Source of the DNA: a bacterium
Lineage (GTDB): Bacteria; Vulcanimicrobiota; Xenobia; Xenobiales; Xenobiaceae
DNA length: 64,000 nucleotides
Direction: 5' to 3'
Assembly (NCBI GenBank): GCA_030535355.1
Contig: JAUNIO010000001.1
Span: forward strand, 3,983-67,982
Of this stretch, positions 36,985-49,210 are shown piece after piece. Every line of letters begins with the position of its first letter. Positions within the stretch are counted from its first letter, which is position 1. The position numbers were made by a program, and so were the translations under genes. The notes below the pieces were generated by a model. The model was not told the DNA's origin and did not search any database. It saw only the letters and a list, made by a program, of their open reading frames with translations.

Positions 36985-38301
36985 TTACTTCATGAACCCC
37001 TGATAATGACGCTGAATCAAACGCGCTTGAATTTGCTGCATCGTATCTAAGGCGACACCGACAATAATCAGCAGCGAGGTTGAACCGAGGAAGAAAGTAT
37101 TCACACCGGTAAGCTGCATAATATAAGTAGGCGCAACCGCAATAAAAGCTAAGAAAATAGCAGAAACGAAAGTCAGGCGCGAGAACAAACGCTCAAGATA
37201 TTCAGCAGTATTAACGCCGGGACGAATACCAGGAATAAAACCACCGGACTTCTTTAGGTTTTCAGCCACATCTTTAACATTAAAAGTGATAGCGGAATAG
37301 AAGTAAGTAAAGAATATTACCAAGCCAGCGTAACAAACGTTATAGAGCAGACCACGCGGGTTGAACCAAGTCGAAAAGGCTTGGTAGATATTCTGGAACT
37401 GCTCGCTGGGCTGTCCAAAGCCCATAAACAGCTGCAGAATAGTGCTGGGAATATACATAATAGAAATAGCGAAGATGATAGAGATCACACCGGCGTTATT
37501 AACTCGCAAGGGCAAATAACTGGAATGACCGCCATACATCTTATTGCCGACTTGGCGCTTAGGGTACTGAACGGCAACTTTCCTAACCCCTAAGTGGATG
37601 AAGATAATCCCCATCACCAACGCCACCATAATGACCAGGAACAAAACTAAAGACAAAACATAAGTCGCTCCCTGGACATTGGCTACTTTTAACGAATTGA
37701 GCAAGTAATCGGGAAAGCGCAGGACGATACCAGCAAAGATGAGCATAGAAATACCGTTGCCGATACCCTTCTCGGTCATCAGCTCGCCCAGCCACATCAG
37801 GAAGGCAGTTCCCGCGACCATGGCCAAAATCACCATGACATAGAATCCAAACCCCTGCATAGTGAAAACGCCATTGCCAGAGGAACCGGAATAGCGGGCT
37901 AAAGAGAAGGTCATAAAAGACGCCTGAAGCGTAGCCAAGGCAAACGTCAAATTGCGCGTGTATTGCTGAACCTGACGCCGCCCGCTTTCTCCTTCTTTTT
38001 GCAACTCCTTAATCTGAGGCAACACGACCCCGAGCAGCTGCATAATAATGGAAGCGTTAATATAAGGAGTTATCCCCATCGCCGCAACTGAGAAGTTATT
38101 AAGGGCGCCACCGGTGAACATTCCCAAGAACTGGAAAAGTTCGCCGCGAGAGAGCAGGGCGTTCCACACATCTTTATTGACGCCGGGCATACTAATATGC
38201 ACGGTCAGCACAAAAATCGCCAGACCTACCGCAACCCAACCTAAACGGTTACGCACATCATCAGACTTCATTGCGTCTTGGAAGGACGTACTCACTAGCA
38301 A
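36985..38301 (-). CDS. secY: Preprotein translocase subunit SecY
   Basis: 438 aa. Typical SecY sequence and position. Confidence 0.9.
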   Translation of the reverse strand: MLVSTSFQDAMKSDDVRNRLGWVAVGLAIFVLTVHISMPGVNKDVWNALLSRGELFQFLGMFTGGALNNFSVAAMGITPYINASIIMQLLGVVLPQIKELQKEGESGRRQVQQYTRNLTFALATLQASFMTFSLARYSGSSGNGVFTMQGFGFYVMVILAMVAGTAFLMWLGELMTEKGIGNGISMLIFAGIVLRFPDYLLNSLKVANVQGATYVLSLVLFLVIMVALVMGIIFIHLGVRKVAVQYPKRQVGNKMYGGHSSYLPLRVNNAGVISIIFAISIMYIPSTILQLFMGFGQPSEQFQNIYQAFSTWFNPRGLLYNVCYAGLVIFFTYFYSAITFNVKDVAENLKKSGGFIPGIRPGVNTAEYLERLFSRLTFVSAIFLAFIAVAPTYIMQLTGVNTFFLGSTSLLIIVGVALDTMQQIQARLIQRHYQGFMK

Positions 38302-38738
38302 ATCTCCTCAACTTTACCGCCGGCTTCTTCAATAGCTGCACGGGAAGAAGCGGTGAAAGCATGTAAAACAACAGTAAGCTTACGGGAAAGCGTTCCATTA
38401 CCCAATACTTTAATGGGGTTATTGAGACTTCTGACCAAGCCCATATCGTACAAAGCTTCAGGAGTCACCACGTCGCCATCTTTAAAGCGCTCTAAGCTAC
38501 CCAAAGAAATCTCCGTAAACTCCACACGGAAAGGATTTTTGAAGCCCTTATATTTAGGCAATCTGCGATACCAAGGGGTCTGACCGCCTTCAAAACCAGG
38601 GGCTTTGGTGCCGCCGGAACGGGAACTCTGTCCGTTGGAACCGCGGCCTGCGGTTTTAACGTGGCAGCCGTGGCCGCGAGCAACGCGTTTGCGGGCATGG
38701 CGAGCGCCTTTCGGTGATCTTAAATCGTTAGCATCCAT
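38295..38738 (-). CDS. rplO: 50S ribosomal protein L15
   Basis: ORF-track 38295..38801. Start moved to the internal ATG 38738 (MDANDLRSPKGARHARKRVARGHG.., 147 aa) with GGAGG 8 nt upstream. Confidence 0.85.
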   Translation of the reverse strand: MDANDLRSPKGARHARKRVARGHGCHVKTAGRGSNGQSSRSGGTKAPGFEGGQTPWYRRLPKYKGFKNPFRVEFTEISLGSLERFKDGDVVTPEALYDMGLVRSLNNPIKVLGNGTLSRKLTVVLHAFTASSRAAIEEAGGKVEEIC

Positions 38739-38815
38739 TATAGAATCCTCCAGGCTCGCCATTTGAACACCTTCCAAATGGCGAGCTAAAAAGTATCGCA
38801 AGTCTTATAAAAGAC

Positions 38816-39391
38816 TTACTCGGCCTCAGCCTCTTCTTCAGCGGCAGGAGCAGCCATAGCGCTCTGAGCCAGCAATTCCGCGCATTTGCGCCCAACCAGT
38901 TCCTCAACAGTTTTACCGCGGCGTTTGGCCACCGCATCGGCATTCATAATACCGCTCAAGCCTTTAATCGTAGCATACACTACGTTGACGGCATTGTTGG
39001 AACCCAAGCATTTGGTGATAACATCGGTAATACCGCACAGGTCGACCACCGTACGCACTGCTCCGCCAGCGATAACACCAGTACCAGGGGCAGCAGGTTT
39101 CAAAATAACTCGAGAGGAACCGAAAACATAATTAACTTCGTGGGGAATAGTATGGCCCATAATAGGTACTCTGACCAAAGCTTTCTTAGCTTCTTCAGAA
39201 CCTTTTCTAATGGCTTCAGATACTTCGTTGGCTTTGCCAATACCCACACCCACTACACCATGTCCGTCACCAACTACAACCAGGGCAGCGAAAGACATGC
39301 GTTTACCGCCTTTGACGACCTTAGACACGCGGTTGACTTTCACCAACTGCTCTTTGAGGTCAAGACCGGACGGATCAATACGTTTATTCAT
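38816..39391 (-). CDS. rpsE: 30S ribosomal protein S5 (with short acidic Ala/Glu-rich C-terminal tail)
   Basis: 191 aa. Conserved S5 core. Tail ...[12 protein letters not shown]. Confidence 0.9.
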   Translation of the reverse strand: MNKRIDPSGLDLKEQLVKVNRVSKVVKGGKRMSFAALVVVGDGHGVVGVGIGKANEVSEAIRKGSEEAKKALVRVPIMGHTIPHEVNYVFGSSRVILKPAAPGTGVIAGGAVRTVVDLCGITDVITKCLGSNNAVNVVYATIKGLSGIMNADAVAKRRGKTVEELVGRKCAELLAQSAMAAPAAEEEAEAE

Positions 39392-39429
39392 TAAAATCCT
39401 CCAGATTGCGAGAAAGACTCGCTATAAGT

Positions 39430-39783
39430 TTAGAACTCGAGACCTTTTTCACGAGCACCGGCAGCGAAAGCAGCCACACGGCCGTGATAGAGATAACCGC
39501 CGCGATCAAAAACTACGGTGGTTATATTTTTTTCCAAAGCGCGCTCTGCACACTTTTCGCCAATAGTCTGCGCTAACTCGACAGGAGTTAGTTCGTCGTT
39601 CTGAAGCTCTTTTTCCAGAGAGCTAGCAGAAGCTAAAGTGACGCCTTTGGCGTCATCAATAATCTGACCATAAATGTGTTTGCTCGAACGAAATACGACT
39701 AAACGAGGACGCTCGGCAGTTCCACTAACATTGCGACGCACACGGGCATGGCGGCGCTGACGAAGAGCATTACGAGATAACAT
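39430..39783 (-). CDS. rplR: 50S ribosomal protein L18
   Basis: 117 aa. [24 protein letters not shown]. Confidence 0.9.
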   Translation of the reverse strand: MLSRNALRQRRHARVRRNVSGTAERPRLVVFRSSKHIYGQIIDDAKGVTLASASSLEKELQNDELTPVELAQTIGEKCAERALEKNITTVVFDRGGYLYHGRVAAFAAGAREKGLEF

Positions 39784-39785
39784 GA

Positions 39786-40349
39786 TTATTTACCCGTCTT
39801 TCCAGCTTTACCAGCTTTGCGCATAATAACTTCGTTGACATATTTGACGCCTTTGCCTTTGTAGGGTTCAGGGGCGCGCAGCTTGCGAATATCGGCAGCG
39901 ACTTGACCAACTTTAACCTTGTCAATGCCGCAGACATGCAAGCGGTTGATTTTAGCGCGAGCGTCAACTTCTAACTCAAAAGTGATGCCGGGAATTTCCG
40001 CAACTTCAATAGGGTGAGAATAACCCAGCGATAAGGTGATGCCATTACCGTTTTTAGCCACACGGTAACCAATACCTACGATGTCCAAGGAGACCTTGAA
40101 CCCAGTCGTCACACCGGTGATCATATTCTGGATCAGCGTTCTGATCAGACCATGCTGACCGCGAACGTAACGGTCCTCGCTGTCCCCGCGGGACACAATT
40201 ACTTTACCATTCTCGATCTTAATATCGAGGTTCTTGTCATAGGCCTGAGTCAGTTCGCCTTTGGGCCCTTTTACTCTTACCTGACCATCTTCTACTTTAA
40301 CATCGACGCCGCTGGGGATATCGACGGGAATTCTGCCAATTCGAGACAT
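39786..40349 (-). CDS. rplF: 50S ribosomal protein L6
   Basis: 187 aa. [19 protein letters not shown]. Confidence 0.9.
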   Translation of the reverse strand: MSRIGRIPVDIPSGVDVKVEDGQVRVKGPKGELTQAYDKNLDIKIENGKVIVSRGDSEDRYVRGQHGLIRTLIQNMITGVTTGFKVSLDIVGIGYRVAKNGNGITLSLGYSHPIEVAEIPGITFELEVDARAKINRLHVCGIDKVKVGQVAADIRKLRAPEPYKGKGVKYVNEVIMRKAGKAGKTGK

Positions 40350-40366
40350 TGTTCAATCCTCCCTGA

Positions 40367-40765
40367 TTACCAAACGTAAGCGAGCACTTCGCCGCCTACG
40401 TTCAGACGCTGGGCCTGTTTACCGGTAAGAACTCCCTTAGGAGTAGACATAACAACGGTACCGAGTCCGCCGAAGACGCGGGGGATCTCATGAGAAGCGA
40501 CATAAACGCGCAGGCCGGGACGGCTAATGCGTTTCAAACCATTGATAACGCGTTCACGATCAGGACCGTATTTGAGGAAAATACGAATGGTATCCTGAAC
40601 TTTAGTCTTGATAATCTGAAAATCTTTGATAAAGCCTTCACGCTTTAACACCTGAGCGATCTGCTGCTTCAACTTAGAAGCCGGAATGTCAACCTGGTCG
40701 CGTACCGCTGCATTGGCGTTACGAATGCGGGTGAGCATGTCGGCAATAGGATCGGTGGTGGGCAT
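40367..40765 (-). CDS. rpsH: 30S ribosomal protein S8
   Basis: 132 aa. [13 protein letters not shown]. Confidence 0.9.
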   Translation of the reverse strand: MPTTDPIADMLTRIRNANAAVRDQVDIPASKLKQQIAQVLKREGFIKDFQIIKTKVQDTIRIFLKYGPDRERVINGLKRISRPGLRVYVASHEIPRVFGGLGTVVMSTPKGVLTGKQAQRLNVGGEVLAYVW

Positions 40766-40819
40766 TTAATTCCTCCAAAATTAAGCTTGCTGAGCAAGCA
40801 CGCACGAAATAAGGGAAAA

Positions 40820-41005
40820 TTACCAGCTAGATTTGGTCACGCCGGGGATGAGACCCAAATGAGCTTTCTCGCGGAAGCAAATACGGCAAAGTCCGAATTT
40901 GCGCAAGTGCGCACGGGGACGCCCGCAAATCTCACATCTGTTGACGCGGCGGGTTTTATACTTAGGAGTCCGTCTAGCTTTAACTTCAAGAGCGGTAGTT
41001 GACAT
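40820..41005 (-). CDS. rpsZ: 30S ribosomal protein S14 type Z (zinc-binding, 61 aa)
   Basis: Internal Met of ORF 40820..41056. C4 motif [26 protein letters not shown] upstream. Confidence 0.9.
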   Translation of the reverse strand: MSTTALEVKARRTPKYKTRRVNRCEICGRPRAHLRKFGLCRICFREKAHLGLIPGVTKSSW

Positions 41006-41037
41006 TAAAATCCTCCAATAAAAAAGGCAGCTATTAG

Positions 41038-41667
41038 CTATTTCTTCAAGGGGCAACCGAGCAGGCGCAATAAAGCTAAACCCTCGTTGTCGTTTTTAGC
41101 GGTGGTAACGACGCAAATGTCCATACCGCGTACCTTATCAATCTTATCGTAATCAATCTCGGGGAAAATCGTTTGCTCTTTTAAGCCAAACGTATAATTG
41201 CCGCGGCCATCAAAAGAATTGTTAGGCAGACCACGGAAGTCTCTAATGCGGGGCAGCACTACGTTAAATACTTTCTCAATGAAAGCCCACATGATATCAC
41301 CGCGCAGGGTAACTTTGCAGCCAATTTTTGCGCCTTCGCGCAGCTTGAAGTTAGAGATTGATTTGCGCGCTTTAGTAACGACAGGAGCCTGGCCAGTAAT
41401 AGCTGCCATGTCAGCAACAGCGCTCTCTAATGATTTAGGATTAGCGATTGCTTCACCAACGCCCATGTTGACGACGACTTTTTCCAAACGCGGGATCATC
41501 ATCACGTTGGGATAATTGAACTGTTTCATCAAAGCAGGAGCTATCTCAGTGCGATAACGCTCTTTCAACTGCAACTTAGCGATAGGCGGACGTCCGCCTT
41601 CGGCAAACTTAGACTCTTTTTTGCTAGCCTTACCCTGTTTGCTGGCAGGCGCACTAGTCTTAGCCAT
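41038..41667 (-). CDS. rplE: 50S ribosomal protein L5 (with ~25 aa Lys/Ala-rich N-terminal extension)
   Basis: ORF-track 41038..41715. Start at ATG 41667 ([20 protein letters not shown]..), GGAGGTAATA upstream. Conserved L5 core follows ([19 protein letters not shown]). Confidence 0.85.
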   Translation of the reverse strand: MAKTSAPASKQGKASKKESKFAEGGRPPIAKLQLKERYRTEIAPALMKQFNYPNVMMIPRLEKVVVNMGVGEAIANPKSLESAVADMAAITGQAPVVTKARKSISNFKLREGAKIGCKVTLRGDIMWAFIEKVFNVVLPRIRDFRGLPNNSFDGRGNYTFGLKEQTIFPEIDYDKIDKVRGMDICVVTTAKNDNEGLALLRLLGCPLKK

Positions 41668-41752
41668 TATTACCTCCATCTGTGGATTTCCGACCCACAA
41701 GATAAATATTCTCAATTACCAGAGCAGGGTCACCCCTACCCTGGTTACAGCA

Positions 41753-42073
41753 CTAAAATCTTTCGTTGCAACGGCGGCAGGCGCGATAGCGTCTGGTCTT
41801 GTTGCCATCAGTCTCAACCTGCACCATAGTGCGGGTAGGCTTACCGCATTTCGGGCAGACCGGCATAACGTTGCTGATGTGGATGGGCAATGTTTTTTCA
41901 ATCAAACCGCCCTGAGGGTATTTTTGACTGGGTTTGGTAGCGCGTTTTACTACATTGACGCCTTCAACCACAACCTGACCTTTTTTAGGATAAACATCAA
42001 GCACTTTACCACGCGTGTTAACATATTTACCGGCCAACACGACAACTATGTCACTTTTCTTAACGTTAGGCAT
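41753..42073 (-). CDS. rplX: 50S ribosomal protein L24
   Basis: 106 aa. KKSDIVVVLAGKY.GK.GKV. Confidence 0.9.
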   Translation of the reverse strand: MPNVKKSDIVVVLAGKYVNTRGKVLDVYPKKGQVVVEGVNVVKRATKPSQKYPQGGLIEKTLPIHISNVMPVCPKCGKPTRTMVQVETDGNKTRRYRACRRCNERF

Positions 42074-42088
42074 ATCTAACTCCTAATA

Positions 42089-42457
42089 CTAGAGAACCTC
42101 AGGGGCCAAAGAGACGATCTTCATGAATTCGCGATCGCGAAGTTCACGGGCCACGGGGCCAAAGATACGCGTACCGCGGGGGTTAAGGTCTTCACGAATA
42201 ATAACCGCAGCATTTTCGTCAAAGCGGATATAAGAACCGTCACGGCGGCGGATAGGTTTGCGGGTTCTGACTACGACCGCTTTCACAACGTCACCCTTTT
42301 TAACAGCAGCACCAGGCTGAGCCTGTTTAACGGTAGCCACAATAATATCGCCGACACCGGCAAAAGGATGGGTAGAACCGCCAAGTACTCGTATGCACAG
42401 GAGCTCACGGGCGCCGCTATTATCAGCGACTTTAAGTCTGCTTTCCTGCTGGATCAT
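42089..42457 (-). CDS. rplN: 50S ribosomal protein L14
   Basis: 122 aa. [19 protein letters not shown]. Confidence 0.9.
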   Translation of the reverse strand: MIQQESRLKVADNSGARELLCIRVLGGSTHPFAGVGDIIVATVKQAQPGAAVKKGDVVKAVVVRTRKPIRRRDGSYIRFDENAAVIIREDLNPRGTRIFGPVARELRDREFMKIVSLAPEVL

Positions 42458-42539
42458 GATAAATCTCCTTCAACAGTCTGCATCAGTTTTACCCAGTTCC
42501 GGGCGTTTCCAATGCAAGAAAAAAAGAACAAACGATTAG

Positions 42540-42800
42540 TTACTTCGCTTTTTCAACGATCTCCACCACGCGCCAGGTTTTAGTAGCGGAGAGAGGGCGA
42601 GTTTCCTGAATGCGAACAATATCGTTCACGTTGCACTCGTTGTTCTCATCATGAGCATGGAACTTACGAGTTCTTTTAATAATCTTTTTATAAATGGGGT
42701 GCGGGAACTGACGGACGACACTGACGACTACGGTCTTGTCCATTTTGTTACTTATCACACGGCCAATTCTTACTTTACGCTGTCCACGTACTTCAGACAT
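42540..42800 (-). CDS. rpsQ: 30S ribosomal protein S17
   Basis: 86 aa. Confidence 0.9.
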   Translation of the reverse strand: MSEVRGQRKVRIGRVISNKMDKTVVVSVVRQFPHPIYKKIIKRTRKFHAHDENNECNVNDIVRIQETRPLSATKTWRVVEIVEKAK

Positions 42801-43021
42801 TACTTAGTCTCCTTAAGCTCGAACTCGCGGATAACAGTGTGAATTCTAGCTATTTGTTTTTTCACATGTCCTACACGCGACGAATCTGTCAAATGCCCAG
42901 TAGCTAACTGGAAGCGAAGATTGAAAAGCTCCTGCTTAGCATCGCTAAGGCGTTCACGCAGACCTACTAAATCCAATTCGCGCAAACTATTGAGTTCTTC
43001 TCTGAGCTTCATATTATTCAC
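42800..43021 (-). CDS. rpmC: 50S ribosomal protein L29
   Basis: 73 aa. Confidence 0.9.
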   Translation of the reverse strand: MNNMKLREELNSLRELDLVGLRERLSDAKQELFNLRFQLATGHLTDSSRVGHVKKQIARIHTVIREFELKETK

Positions 43022-43436
43022 CTCCCAGTTTTTCGCGGGCGATAAATTTAGTCTTCATAGGCAGCTTATGCGCAGCTAGACGCATAGCTTCACGGGCCAT
43101 TTCCTCGCTAACGCCAGCGACCTCAAACAACACACGGCCGGGCTTAACTACGGCTACCCAATATTCAGGGGCACCTTTACCGGAACCCATACGGGTTTCA
43201 GCGGGTTTCTTGGTAGCGGCTTTATCAGGGAAAACTTTAATCCACACTTTACCGCCGCGTTTAATGTAACGTGTCAAAGCCACACGAGCAGCCTCAATCT
43301 GGCGATCAGTAACCCAGCAAGGCTCCAGTGACTGAATACCGTACTCACCAAAAACCACAGCATTACCACGCTGAGCTTTACCGGTCATACGGCCACGATG
43401 CGTTTTGCGATATTTGACCCTCTTAGGGCTTAACAT
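43014..43436 (-). CDS. rplP: 50S ribosomal protein L16
   Basis: 140 aa. [16 protein letters not shown]. Confidence 0.9.
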   Translation of the reverse strand: MLSPKRVKYRKTHRGRMTGKAQRGNAVVFGEYGIQSLEPCWVTDRQIEAARVALTRYIKRGGKVWIKVFPDKAATKKPAETRMGSGKGAPEYWVAVVKPGRVLFEVAGVSEEMAREAMRLAAHKLPMKTKFIAREKLGGE

Positions 43437-43504
43437 TGTAACTTACCTCCGACGCGCAACTAGTTAAGCATTATAACTAGTTGCGCGAATACTGTCAACA
43501 GTGC

Positions 43505-44155
43505 CTAGTTGGCTTTAGATTTATTGCGCTGCGGCAGAATATCACCGCGATAGATCCATACCTTCACACCGATGGTACCATAAGTGGTATTGGCTTCGCG
43601 AATCGCATAATCGATGTCGGCGCGCAAGGTGTGCAGAGGCACCTTACCTAAGAAAGCGCGCTCAGACCTAGCGATTTCAGCACCGCCTAAACGGCCAGAG
43701 ACCTGTACGCGGATACCTTTAGCTCCAGCTTTCATAACGCGCTGAGTAGCCTGTTTCATAGCTCTGCGGAAAGTAACACGCTTCATCAAGGCATCGGCGA
43801 TATTTTCGGCGACCAAAGTAGCTTCTAAGTCGTGCTGCTTTACTTCCTGCACAGAGATATTGATCTGTTTGCCAGGAACGAACTGCATTAAGCTCTTCTT
43901 GAGTTCTTCAATACCAGTTCCCTTGCGTCCGATTACCAAACCGGGCTTGGCAGTGTTAATGATGACGTGCACTTTATTAGCGCGTTCAATTTCGACGCGG
44001 GTAATACCAGCCTGACGATGCGTCTTCATGATATAGTTGCGAATCTTCAGGTCCTGGTGCAGCCAGCTGGCGTAATTCTTCTGCTGATACCAGCGGGAAT
44101 CCCAACCGCGAATGATGCCTACACGGAGACCAACGGGATTAATCTTCTGACCCAT
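43505..44155 (-). CDS. rpsC: 30S ribosomal protein S3
   Basis: 216 aa. [14 protein letters not shown]. Confidence 0.9.
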   Translation of the reverse strand: MGQKINPVGLRVGIIRGWDSRWYQQKNYASWLHQDLKIRNYIMKTHRQAGITRVEIERANKVHVIINTAKPGLVIGRKGTGIEELKKSLMQFVPGKQINISVQEVKQHDLEATLVAENIADALMKRVTFRRAMKQATQRVMKAGAKGIRVQVSGRLGGAEIARSERAFLGKVPLHTLRADIDYAIREANTTYGTIGVKVWIYRGDILPQRNKSKAN

Positions 44156-44526
44156 TATTTGACCTCTTTCTCCTTGACGATGATGGTGATATGACTGGTT
44201 CTCTTATGAAGCTGGCTAGCTCTGCCTCTAGATCTGGGCAACCAGCCTTTTCCAACCGGACCACCATCGACATAAGCGCGGTAAACCACCAACTTTTCGA
44301 CGTCAGCGTTATTGTTGTGAACTGCGTTGGACATAGCGGAGACTAAAACTCTCTCCACGGTCTCAGCAGCGCGTTTATTTGAAAAGTGCAATAAATTGCG
44401 TGCTTCAATAGCATTGCGGCCAGCAATAGCGCGGGTGCAAAGGCGCAGCTTGCGGGGAGCCATATGCACATATTTGGCGACCGCTCTAACTTCAGCAGAA
44501 GTCTGAGTATTAATTTCCTCAGCCAT
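44155..44526 (-). CDS. rplV: 50S ribosomal protein L22
   Basis: 123 aa. Confidence 0.85.
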   Translation of the reverse strand: MAEEINTQTSAEVRAVAKYVHMAPRKLRLCTRAIAGRNAIEARNLLHFSNKRAAETVERVLVSAMSNAVHNNNADVEKLVVYRAYVDGGPVGKGWLPRSRGRASQLHKRTSHITIIVKEKEVK

Positions 44527-44564
44527 ATTTCCTCCAAATGCTTTCTATATACAGCTAAGGCAAT

Positions 44565-44852
44565 TTACTTAGCTTTAGACTTCTTCTCAGCCTTAGTTCC
44601 AGCGTGAGAACGGAACATACGCGTAGGAGCGAACTCTCCTAATTTATGGCCGACCATCTCAGCAGCGATATAAATAGGCACATGGGTCTTGCCATTATGG
44701 ATAGCGATAGTATGACCGATCATTTCGGGAAGAATGGTCGAAGCTCTGCTCCAGGTCTTGATAGGTTTTTTATCATCCTGGCTGTTCATCAGCTCGACTT
44801 TTTTCATTAAGCTTTCAGCCACATAGGGGCCTTTTTTTACTGAACGAGACAT
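44565..44852 (-). CDS. rpsS: 30S ribosomal protein S19
   Basis: 95 aa. [11 protein letters not shown]. Confidence 0.9.
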   Translation of the reverse strand: MSRSVKKGPYVAESLMKKVELMNSQDDKKPIKTWSRASTILPEMIGHTIAIHNGKTHVPIYIAAEMVGHKLGEFAPTRMFRSHAGTKAEKKSKAK

Positions 44853-44867
44853 TACCTACTCCTTATT

Positions 44868-45695
44868 CTAACGGGCGTTGCGGCGGCGCAGAATCATTTT
44901 ATCGCCGGGCTGTTTCTTACGGGTCTTCAAACCATAAGTTGGCTTACCCCAAGGTGTAGTGCTGGGGCGTCCAGGAGTAGAACGGGCTTCACCACCGCCA
45001 TGGGGGTGGTCACAGGGGTTGGTAGCCAAACCGCGGATATGAGGGCGCTTGCCCATCCAGCGGGAACGTCCAGCTTTGCCAATCATAACATTTTCATGCT
45101 CGAGATTGCCGACCTGGCCAACAGTAGCGCGGCAGACTACGGGCACCATACGGAGCTCGCCGGAAGGCATACGCAGCAGGGCGTTTTTGCCTTCTTTAGC
45201 CATCAGCTGAGCAGCAGCACCTGCGGAACGCACTAACTGAGCGCCGCGGCCGGGGTGCAATTCAACGTTGTGCACCAAAGTACCGACAGGGATATACTTC
45301 AAGCTCAAAGCATTGCCATTTTTAATATCCTGGCCATCACCAGAGATGACTACATCTCCGACTTCCATTTTATTGACAGCTAAAATATAGCGTTTTTCGC
45401 CATCGGCATAGTTAAGCAAAGCAATACGCGCAGATCGATTAGGATCGTACTCAATGCGGGCAACTTTAGCGGGAATGTTATCTTTATCGCGCATCCAGTC
45501 AATGATGCGATATTTGCGCTTGTGACCGCCTCCGCGATGACGGGCGGTTACGCGGCCCTCAGCATTGCGGCCGCCTGTGCTTTTAATGGGGGCGAGCAGA
45601 CTGGCTTCGGGACCTTCTTTGCTCAGACCGCTGTTGTCCATGACCGACATGAAGCGCCGTCCCGGCGAAGTCGGTTTATACAATCTAGTAGGCAT
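44868..45695 (-). CDS. rplB: 50S ribosomal protein L2
   Basis: 275 aa. Confidence 0.9.
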   Translation of the reverse strand: MPTRLYKPTSPGRRFMSVMDNSGLSKEGPEASLLAPIKSTGGRNAEGRVTARHRGGGHKRKYRIIDWMRDKDNIPAKVARIEYDPNRSARIALLNYADGEKRYILAVNKMEVGDVVISGDGQDIKNGNALSLKYIPVGTLVHNVELHPGRGAQLVRSAGAAAQLMAKEGKNALLRMPSGELRMVPVVCRATVGQVGNLEHENVMIGKAGRSRWMGKRPHIRGLATNPCDHPHGGGEARSTPGRPSTTPWGKPTYGLKTRKKQPGDKMILRRRNAR

Positions 45696-45817
45696 AATAA
45701 CTCCTTTTGCGGATATACAAGTTCAGCTGCCATCCGGACTGGGGGCTTAACCTAGCATCCGCGTCGAGGCAACAAGATTAAATTCCGGAAGTATTGCCCC
45801 GTGTAAAGTCGTAATAT

Positions 45818-45858
45818 TAAATCATAAAAGGCCGCAAAGTTCAAGACTTTACGGCCTT
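45818..45858 (-). terminator. Terminator-like hairpin + T-rich tract inside the S10 operon (rplW-rplB spacer); possible attenuator
   Basis: On the minus strand, GGCCGTAAAGTcttgaACTTTGCGGCC is followed by TTTTATGATTT, within an unusually long 188 nt rplW-rplB gap. Confidence 0.45.
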
Positions 45859-45883
45859 AATATTGGAAATATTTTATAAGCGA

Positions 45884-46216
45884 CTAGCGTTCAAAGAGAG
45901 GAGCGCCACCAACTTCGATGACATCGCCCTCTTTAAGAGTAACATAAGCTTTCTTGTAGTCAGAACGCTTGCTGAAAATACGTCCGCGGCGTTTCATTTT
46001 GCCCTGCATGCGCACAGTTGTTACTTTGGTAACACTAACGTTAAACAATTTCTCAACCGCATTGCGAATTTCAATTTTGTTAGCGCGCAGGCTGACCAAG
46101 AAGGTATATTTATTATCGGTATTCTGAGCCATGCTCTTCTCGGTAATTACCGGTTTGAGAATGACGTTATGCTCTGTATAACGCAAGTCGGCAACACTAT
46201 TCAAAACCTTAGTCAT
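45884..46216 (-). CDS. rplW: 50S ribosomal protein L23
   Basis: 110 aa. ..VILKPVITEKS... It overlaps the rplD 3' end by 8 nt. Confidence 0.85.
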   Translation of the reverse strand: MTKVLNSVADLRYTEHNVILKPVITEKSMAQNTDNKYTFLVSLRANKIEIRNAVEKLFNVSVTKVTTVRMQGKMKRRGRIFSKRSDYKKAYVTLKEGDVIEVGGAPLFER

Positions 46217-46841
46217 TGGCTAATACCCCCTGAATAGTATTGATAGCCGCTTCGGTAGCAATTACTTTAGGATAATTGATCAGATCTAACAAGTTCATGT
46301 TGCGGGCTGTAACCATCCGCACATTAGGGAGGTTGGAAGCGGACTTATAAACTTTGTCATCAGGCTGATCGATCACGATCAAAACCCTACCTGATTCGTG
46401 CTTCAAAGCGCCGAGTACTTTCACAAAAGCCTTAGTGCTGAATTCATCGAATTTGAGTTCGTTGAGAGCCACGAACTTCTCTTCGCGCAAACGCTGGGAC
46501 AGAGCACAGCACATGGCCAAATGGCGCATCTTGCGAGGTATGCGCTGATAGTAACTATGCGGCTGCGGACCAAATGTAATAGCACCGCCGCGCATCAAAG
46601 GAGAGCGGTTGCTTCCGCGGCGAGCGGAACCGGTACCTTTTTGACGATAGGGCTTTCTGCCACCGCCGCTGACCATACCGCGGGTTTTAGTAGAATGGGT
46701 GCCATGGCGTAAATTAGCCTGCAAAGACACCATCACCTGATGCAAAACTGCTTCGTTATAAGGGACTTCGAAAACTTCGCTCTTGAGTTCAAGCTCACCA
46801 GCGTTTTCGCCCTTCATATTTAACAAGGATACCTTCGGCAT
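46209..46841 (-). CDS. rplD: 50S ribosomal protein L4
   Basis: 210 aa. Confidence 0.9.
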   Translation of the reverse strand: MPKVSLLNMKGENAGELELKSEVFEVPYNEAVLHQVMVSLQANLRHGTHSTKTRGMVSGGGRKPYRQKGTGSARRGSNRSPLMRGGAITFGPQPHSYYQRIPRKMRHLAMCCALSQRLREEKFVALNELKFDEFSTKAFVKVLGALKHESGRVLIVIDQPDDKVYKSASNLPNVRMVTARNMNLLDLINYPKVIATEAAINTIQGVLAND

Positions 46842-46865
46842 CTTACTTTCCTAGAGCCTTTCTAA

Positions 46866-47531
46866 CTATTTGTGATGCTTGACAGAGCTGCGAATCGCAA
46901 CCATACCGTTGTTAGGGCCGGGAATAGATCCCTTTATCAACAAAACGTTGGTAAGTGCGCCTTCTTCTTCTTTAACAATAACATCAACGACTTTTAGACC
47001 CTGAGTCGTAACGCGTACACTGCCCATATGACCAGGCTTGCGAGTACCGGGGAAGACTCTGGCTGCATCGGTGGCACCAGAAGAGGCGGGGACACGGTGG
47101 GACATGGAACCGTGGCTATTGCCGCCGCCGCCGAAGTTGTGACGTTTCATACCGCCCTGGAAACCTTTACCTTTAGAGGTTCCAGTAACATCAACTAAAT
47201 CACCTTTGCTGAAGATGTCAGCCTTGATAACCTGACCTACCTGATACGCATCTATATCTTCAACGCGGAACTCGCGCAGATAGCGTTTAGCGCTGACACC
47301 AGCCTTCTTAAAATGACCGGCTTTAGGTCTGTTCACTAATTTTTCACGGATATCGCCGAAACCAAGCTGAATCGCTTCGTATCCATCATTCTCTTTAGTG
47401 CGCTTCTGAATCACAACGCAAGGACCGGCTTCCACAACGGTAACGGGAATAATAGCTCCAGTCAGAGCGCCTTGCTCGTCGCGCTCATAGACCTGCGTCA
47501 TGCCAACTTTTTTTCCTAAAATGGCTTTCAT
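46866..47531 (-). CDS. rplC: 50S ribosomal protein L3
   Basis: 221 aa. Confidence 0.9.
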   Translation of the reverse strand: MKAILGKKVGMTQVYERDEQGALTGAIIPVTVVEAGPCVVIQKRTKENDGYEAIQLGFGDIREKLVNRPKAGHFKKAGVSAKRYLREFRVEDIDAYQVGQVIKADIFSKGDLVDVTGTSKGKGFQGGMKRHNFGGGGNSHGSMSHRVPASSGATDAARVFPGTRKPGHMGSVRVTTQGLKVVDVIVKEEEGALTNVLLIKGSIPGPNNGMVAIRSSVKHHK

Positions 47532-47632
47532 AGAATCCTCTATTCATACTTTAGCGCGGGGGCTAAAGCTAAGGTAGCTTGCAGATGATGACCTCATCCA
47601 GTAACCAGCGGCTACATAAAGCGAAAGGTGAC

Positions 47633-47944
47633 CTAACCCTTAACTTCAATATCTACGCCGGTCGGAAGGTCAACTTTCATCAACTGTTCCATAGTGCTCT
47701 GCGCTTTATCGAAATAGATATCGATCAGGCGCTTATGCGTGCGAATTTCAAAATGCTCACGGGATTTCTTATCCACGTGGGGAGAGCGGTTTACACACCA
47801 AACATTCTTCTCAGTAGGAAGGGGCACGGGTCCGGAGATTTTAGCGCCAGTCTGGCGGGCGATCTCCACGATCTTTTTGGCCGAATCATCCAATAAAGCG
47901 TGATCATAAGCTTTAAGGCGGATGCGAATCCTTTGAGTAGCCAT
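47633..47944 (-). CDS. rpsJ: 30S ribosomal protein S10
   Basis: 103 aa. [15 protein letters not shown]. Confidence 0.9.
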   Translation of the reverse strand: MATQRIRIRLKAYDHALLDDSAKKIVEIARQTGAKISGPVPLPTEKNVWCVNRSPHVDKKSREHFEIRTHKRLIDIYFDKAQSTMEQLMKVDLPTGVDIEVKG

Positions 47945-48007
47945 AAAAAAAATCCTCCAAGGGGATAAAGAGTCCGCGCTGAAACAGCGCGAACTCTTGC
48001 TAACAAA

Positions 48008-49210
48008 CTAGTCGGCGACTTCAGTTACGACGCCGGCGCCTACGGTTCTGCCGCCTTCGCGGATAGCGAAGCGGAGATTAGGCTCGATAGCGATGTGCTG
48101 GATGAGGTCGACAGACATCTTCACGTTGTCGCCAGGCATGACCATCGCTACATCTTCGGGAAGAGTAATAGTACCGGTTACGTCAGTCGTACGGAAATAG
48201 AACTGAGGGCGATAGCCGGTTGCGAAGGGTTTGTGGCGTCCGCCTTCGTCGGTACCCAACACGTAAACCTGAGCGGTGAAATGAGTGTGGGGTTTAATGG
48301 TTTTCGGTTTAGCGAGAACCATACCGCGCACGATGTCTTTGCGATCGACGCCGCGGAGCAACACACCGACGTTGTCGCCGGCTTGGCCTTCATCGAGAAG
48401 TTTGTGGAACATCTCAACACCGGTCACGACGACTTTACGGGTCTCTTCGTGAATACCAACCATCTCGACTTCGTCATTGACGTGCACAACACCACGCTCG
48501 ACGCGGCCGGTAGCAACGGTACCGCGGCCGGTGATGGTGAAGACGTCTTCAACAGGCATCAAGAAAGGCTGATCGACAGGACGTACGGGATCGGGAATGT
48601 AGCTGTCAACAGCATCCATCAAGTCCCAAATCTTACCGCACCACTCGCAATCGCGCTTACCGCAGCCGCACTCCAAAGCCTTTAAAGCGGAGCCTTGGAT
48701 AATAGGGGTGTTGTCGCCATCGAACTCGTACTTGCTTAACAAGTCACGGAGCTCCATTTCGACGAGCTCGATCATCTCAGGATCATCAACCATGTCGCAC
48801 TTGTTAAGGAAGACGACGAGCTGAGGAACGTTAACCTGACGAGCCAGCAAGATGTGCTCACGAGTCTGAGGCATAGGACCATCGGTAGCGGCGACCACCA
48901 GGATCGCACCGTCCATCTGCGCAGCACCGGTAATCATGTTCTTGATATAGTCAGCGTGACCGGGGCAGTCAACGTGAGCATAGTGACGTTTTGCAGTCTC
49001 ATACTCTACGTGGCAGATAGCGATCGTGATACCACGAGCCTTCTCTTCGGGAGCACCGTCGATTTCATCGATGCCCTTTTTCTGAGCCTGACCAGCAGTG
49101 GACAGAACGTTCAGAATAGCAGAAGTCAGAGTGGTTTTGCCGTGGTCGACGTGTCCGATAGTACCCACGTTCACGTGGGGCTTGGTGCGGACGAATTTTT
49201 CCTTGCCCAT
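48008..49210 (-). CDS. tuf: Elongation factor Tu (with a Cys-rich insertion [12 protein letters not shown] in domain I)
   Basis: ORF-track 48008..49237. Start at ATG 49210 ([28 protein letters not shown]), GGAGGCTTACTA upstream. The G-domain motifs are conserved. Confidence 0.9.
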   Translation of the reverse strand: MGKEKFVRTKPHVNVGTIGHVDHGKTTLTSAILNVLSTAGQAQKKGIDEIDGAPEEKARGITIAICHVEYETAKRHYAHVDCPGHADYIKNMITGAAQMDGAILVVAATDGPMPQTREHILLARQVNVPQLVVFLNKCDMVDDPEMIELVEMELRDLLSKYEFDGDNTPIIQGSALKALECGCGKRDCEWCGKIWDLMDAVDSYIPDPVRPVDQPFLMPVEDVFTITGRGTVATGRVERGVVHVNDEVEMVGIHEETRKVVVTGVEMFHKLLDEGQAGDNVGVLLRGVDRKDIVRGMVLAKPKTIKPHTHFTAQVYVLGTDEGGRHKPFATGYRPQFYFRTTDVTGTITLPEDVAMVMPGDNVKMSVDLIQHIAIEPNLRFAIREGGRTVGAGVVTEVAD

